Below, one piece after another: positions 53,146-54,780 of a stretch of 54,780 bases of DNA. The DNA comes from a virus. How positions within the stretch are numbered: the first letter of the stretch is position 1; each line of letters starts with the position of its first letter. The stretch is taken from positions 1 through 54,780 of IMG/VR virus record IMGVR_UViG_3300017830_000022. One strand, written 5' to 3'. The notes below the pieces were generated by a model. It searched no databases and was not told the DNA's origin. It saw nothing but the letters and a program-made list of their open reading frames with translations. Made by a program: the position numbers and the translations under genes.

Positions 53146-54260
53146 CCACACCTAAGATCAAAAAAAGCGATATTGGCAAGAATGTCATTGTTATCCATGA
53201 AATGGAATTGTCTGAGACGAGTGGTGTGGATGTGCCGGCTCAAGAAGGAGCACGAGTACTTATCCGGAAACGAGGTTCTGGCGACACTTCAACTGAAGTG
53301 AAGAAGTCAGATGATCGAGATCAGATCGATCGGGATAATGAAGAATTCGCTAAGGCGATTTACATCACGACTGAAACTGATGGCCATCAGCACACGTTTT
53401 CGGATCGCGGGGGTGAGGTTGTTTGGGGCGACACAGATTTCGTGGAAGGTCGGGAGTCCGACTACCACTCACATCCATGGGTTCGAAGCGACAACGGTGA
53501 AATTGTGCTTGCCGCAGCTGAGGACCATACGCATGAAGTTTCTGAGCCTCTGCGAAAGCAAGCACAAGAACGAATTGAGGCAAACATGTCTAAGAAAAAC
53601 GACACCAATGTTGAGACCAATACTGAACTTGAGGATCTGAAGAAGGGACTTGAGGAGACCAAGAAAGAACTCACTTTTGCAAAAGCATGGGGTGAGCTCA
53701 CAGATGCGGAGAAAACTTTCGCTAAGACGCTCTCTGAAGATGATCGAAAAACGTTCGCTACATTGGAGCTGGCGAAGCGAAATGAGATGATGAGCAAAGC
53801 TCCGGATCCAGACCCGGTGGTATTCACAGCTCATGACGGGACTGAGTTCCGCAAGTCGGCTGGTTCCGCGATGATCAATATTGCTAAGCAAAACGATCTT
53901 CTGATTCGTCAGAATCGTGAGATGACGTTTCGCAAGCGAGCAGAGACCGAATTACCAAAACTACCTGGCGAAGACATTACTAAGATGGCGTTGCTCGAGG
54001 CGGTAGAGAGTATCGAAGACGAAGCGATTCGAAAGTCTATTGGCGAGATGTTGGCGGCGGCAAATACTTCGATGTCCAAAGCTTTTGTTCGTGCTGGCGA
54101 GAATCCGACTGGCAATGAAAGCAATGGCGATGCTTTTGTGAAGCAGGCAATGGAATTTGCCAAGTCCAATAAAGTTTCGCTTGCCGAGGCGTATCGGCAG
54201 TTGGTGCACACAGATGAAGGAGCTGCGGCGTATCAGCAAGATACGTCAACTACTCACTAG
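53142..54260 (+). CDS. Scaffolding protein
   Basis: 372 aa, ATGA overlap. ELSETSGVDVPAQEGA segment, three HxH motifs, long charged helical C-half. Sits between the protease and the decoration/capsid genes. Confidence 0.55.
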   Translation: MTTPKIKKSDIGKNVIVIHEMELSETSGVDVPAQEGARVLIRKRGSGDTSTEVKKSDDRDQIDRDNEEFAKAIYITTETDGHQHTFSDRGGEVVWGDTDFVEGRESDYHSHPWVRSDNGEIVLAAAEDHTHEVSEPLRKQAQERIEANMSKKNDTNVETNTELEDLKKGLEETKKELTFAKAWGELTDAEKTFAKTLSEDDRKTFATLELAKRNEMMSKAPDPDPVVFTAHDGTEFRKSAGSAMINIAKQNDLLIRQNREMTFRKRAETELPKLPGEDITKMALLEAVESIEDEAIRKSIGEMLAAANTSMSKAFVRAGENPTGNESNGDAFVKQAMEFAKSNKVSLAEAYRQLVHTDEGAAAYQQDTSTTH

Positions 54261-54325
54261 CCCATTTTTCGCTTGAGTCGCCCAGGGAGGGCGCTTCGGT
54301 TTCTTTTGATCTAGAGGAAAGAAAA

Positions 54326-54715
54326 ATGGCTTCCACTGACGCTGCCAAAACTGTCACTGTCCCGATCTCGCCTGATGCAGGCACGTCGATTTTTCGCTAT
54401 CGCTTCATGCAGTATACGTCGAACGGCGCACGAATATTTGGGGCATTGACGACTGGCGCACGCGCTAATTACATCACAACTGAAACAATCGTGACTGGGC
54501 AAACTCACGTGGCCGCATGGATCCCAAACGGTGCGACTGTGTTAGGTGAAGTTGGCGCACCGATTGCTTCAGCGGGGGTGCAAATCACCACGCTTGCCAA
54601 TGGTCGTGTAGCTACGGCTTCCGCAGGGCATGCAATTCTTGGCGTTTCGCTGGCAGCTGGTGCGGCCGGAGAGACGATTCCGATTCAATTCATGTATTTG
54701 GGGGTTATGGCCTAG
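54326..54715 (+). CDS. Small head decoration / capsid cement-like protein, paralog 1
   Basis: 129 aa. GAGGAAAG RBS. Paralog of 83..460, which follows 48 nt downstream once the circle is closed. Confidence 0.55.
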   Translation: MASTDAAKTVTVPISPDAGTSIFRYRFMQYTSNGARIFGALTTGARANYITTETIVTGQTHVAAWIPNGATVLGEVGAPIASAGVQITTLANGRVATASAGHAILGVSLAAGAAGETIPIQFMYLGVMA

Positions 54716-54780
54716 CGACAGGCGAACTCATCGAAATGGCAACATTTAGCCTAGGAAAACATCATGGCATCTACAGAAGC
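54682..54780. repeat. Second copy of the 99-bp terminal overlap
   Basis: Identical to 1-99. Confidence 0.95.

Noticed and set aside
54279-54310. Small hairpin CGCCC-AGGGA-GGGCG with a T-rich tail after the scaffold gene, as a terminator.
   Set aside because: The stem is only 5 bp with an interrupted T-tract, and the decoration and capsid genes lie immediately downstream in the same late block. Too weak to call.
1-54780. Lysogeny module, mobile elements, diversity-generating retroelement, toxin-antitoxin pair, CRISPR array.
   Set aside because: No ORF shows integrase/recombinase, transposase or reverse-transcriptase motifs by eye. The HTH/RHH proteins alone do not establish temperate behaviour. 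This remains unverified without profile searches.

Overview
The window is a complete tailed-phage genome, siphovirus-like with an HK97-fold capsid. The first 99 nt are identical to the last 99 nt, so the unique sequence is 54,681 bp and closes into a circle.

A long rightward (+) block runs from ~42.6 kb across the junction to ~30.6 kb. In order it holds two small early genes, a fibre module (collagen-like protein, 235-aa and 847-aa proteins), small and large terminase, portal and connector proteins. These are followed by a Mu-F-like minor head protein, an XkdF-like protease, scaffold, two tandem decoration paralogs, major capsid and neck/terminator proteins. The tail genes follow: a 505-aa tail tube, G/GT chaperones with a visible A_AAA_AAC -1 slip site, a 1218-aa tape measure and tail-tip genes (BR0599-type hub, 988-aa J-like protein). 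A lysis cassette comes next. The block ends with a replication/nucleotide module: XRE regulator, SNF2 helicase, two pentapeptide-repeat proteins, a protein with an SSB-like tail, Dda/RecD-like helicase, family-A polymerase, VRR-NUC nuclease, primase-helicase, DnaQ-like exonuclease, ThyA and an RHH protein.

A leftward (-) block (41.6 to 30.6 kb) holds ~23 mostly orphan genes. They include a 540-aa repeat protein, exported lipoproteins (one with HExxH), acidic small proteins, HTH proteins, a sigma-70 region-4 protein and a dNMP kinase.

I recognised no integrase, transposase, reverse transcriptase, CRISPR array or canonical tRNA.

The most unusual observations:
1. Four copies of an A-tract/hairpin/promoter module sit exactly 6 nt upstream of leaderless ATGs in the leftward block.
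2. A translationally coupled SNF2 / pentapeptide / unknown / pentapeptide cassette.
3. A 222-nt structured gap with a tRNA T-arm-like hairpin.
4. A ~1-kb non-coding control region with divergent promoters, several terminators and repeats, plus a strong terminator 12 nt before the late genes.
5. A group of early exported lipoproteins.

All family names come from motif recognition by eye and memory. No database search or RNA folding was run.
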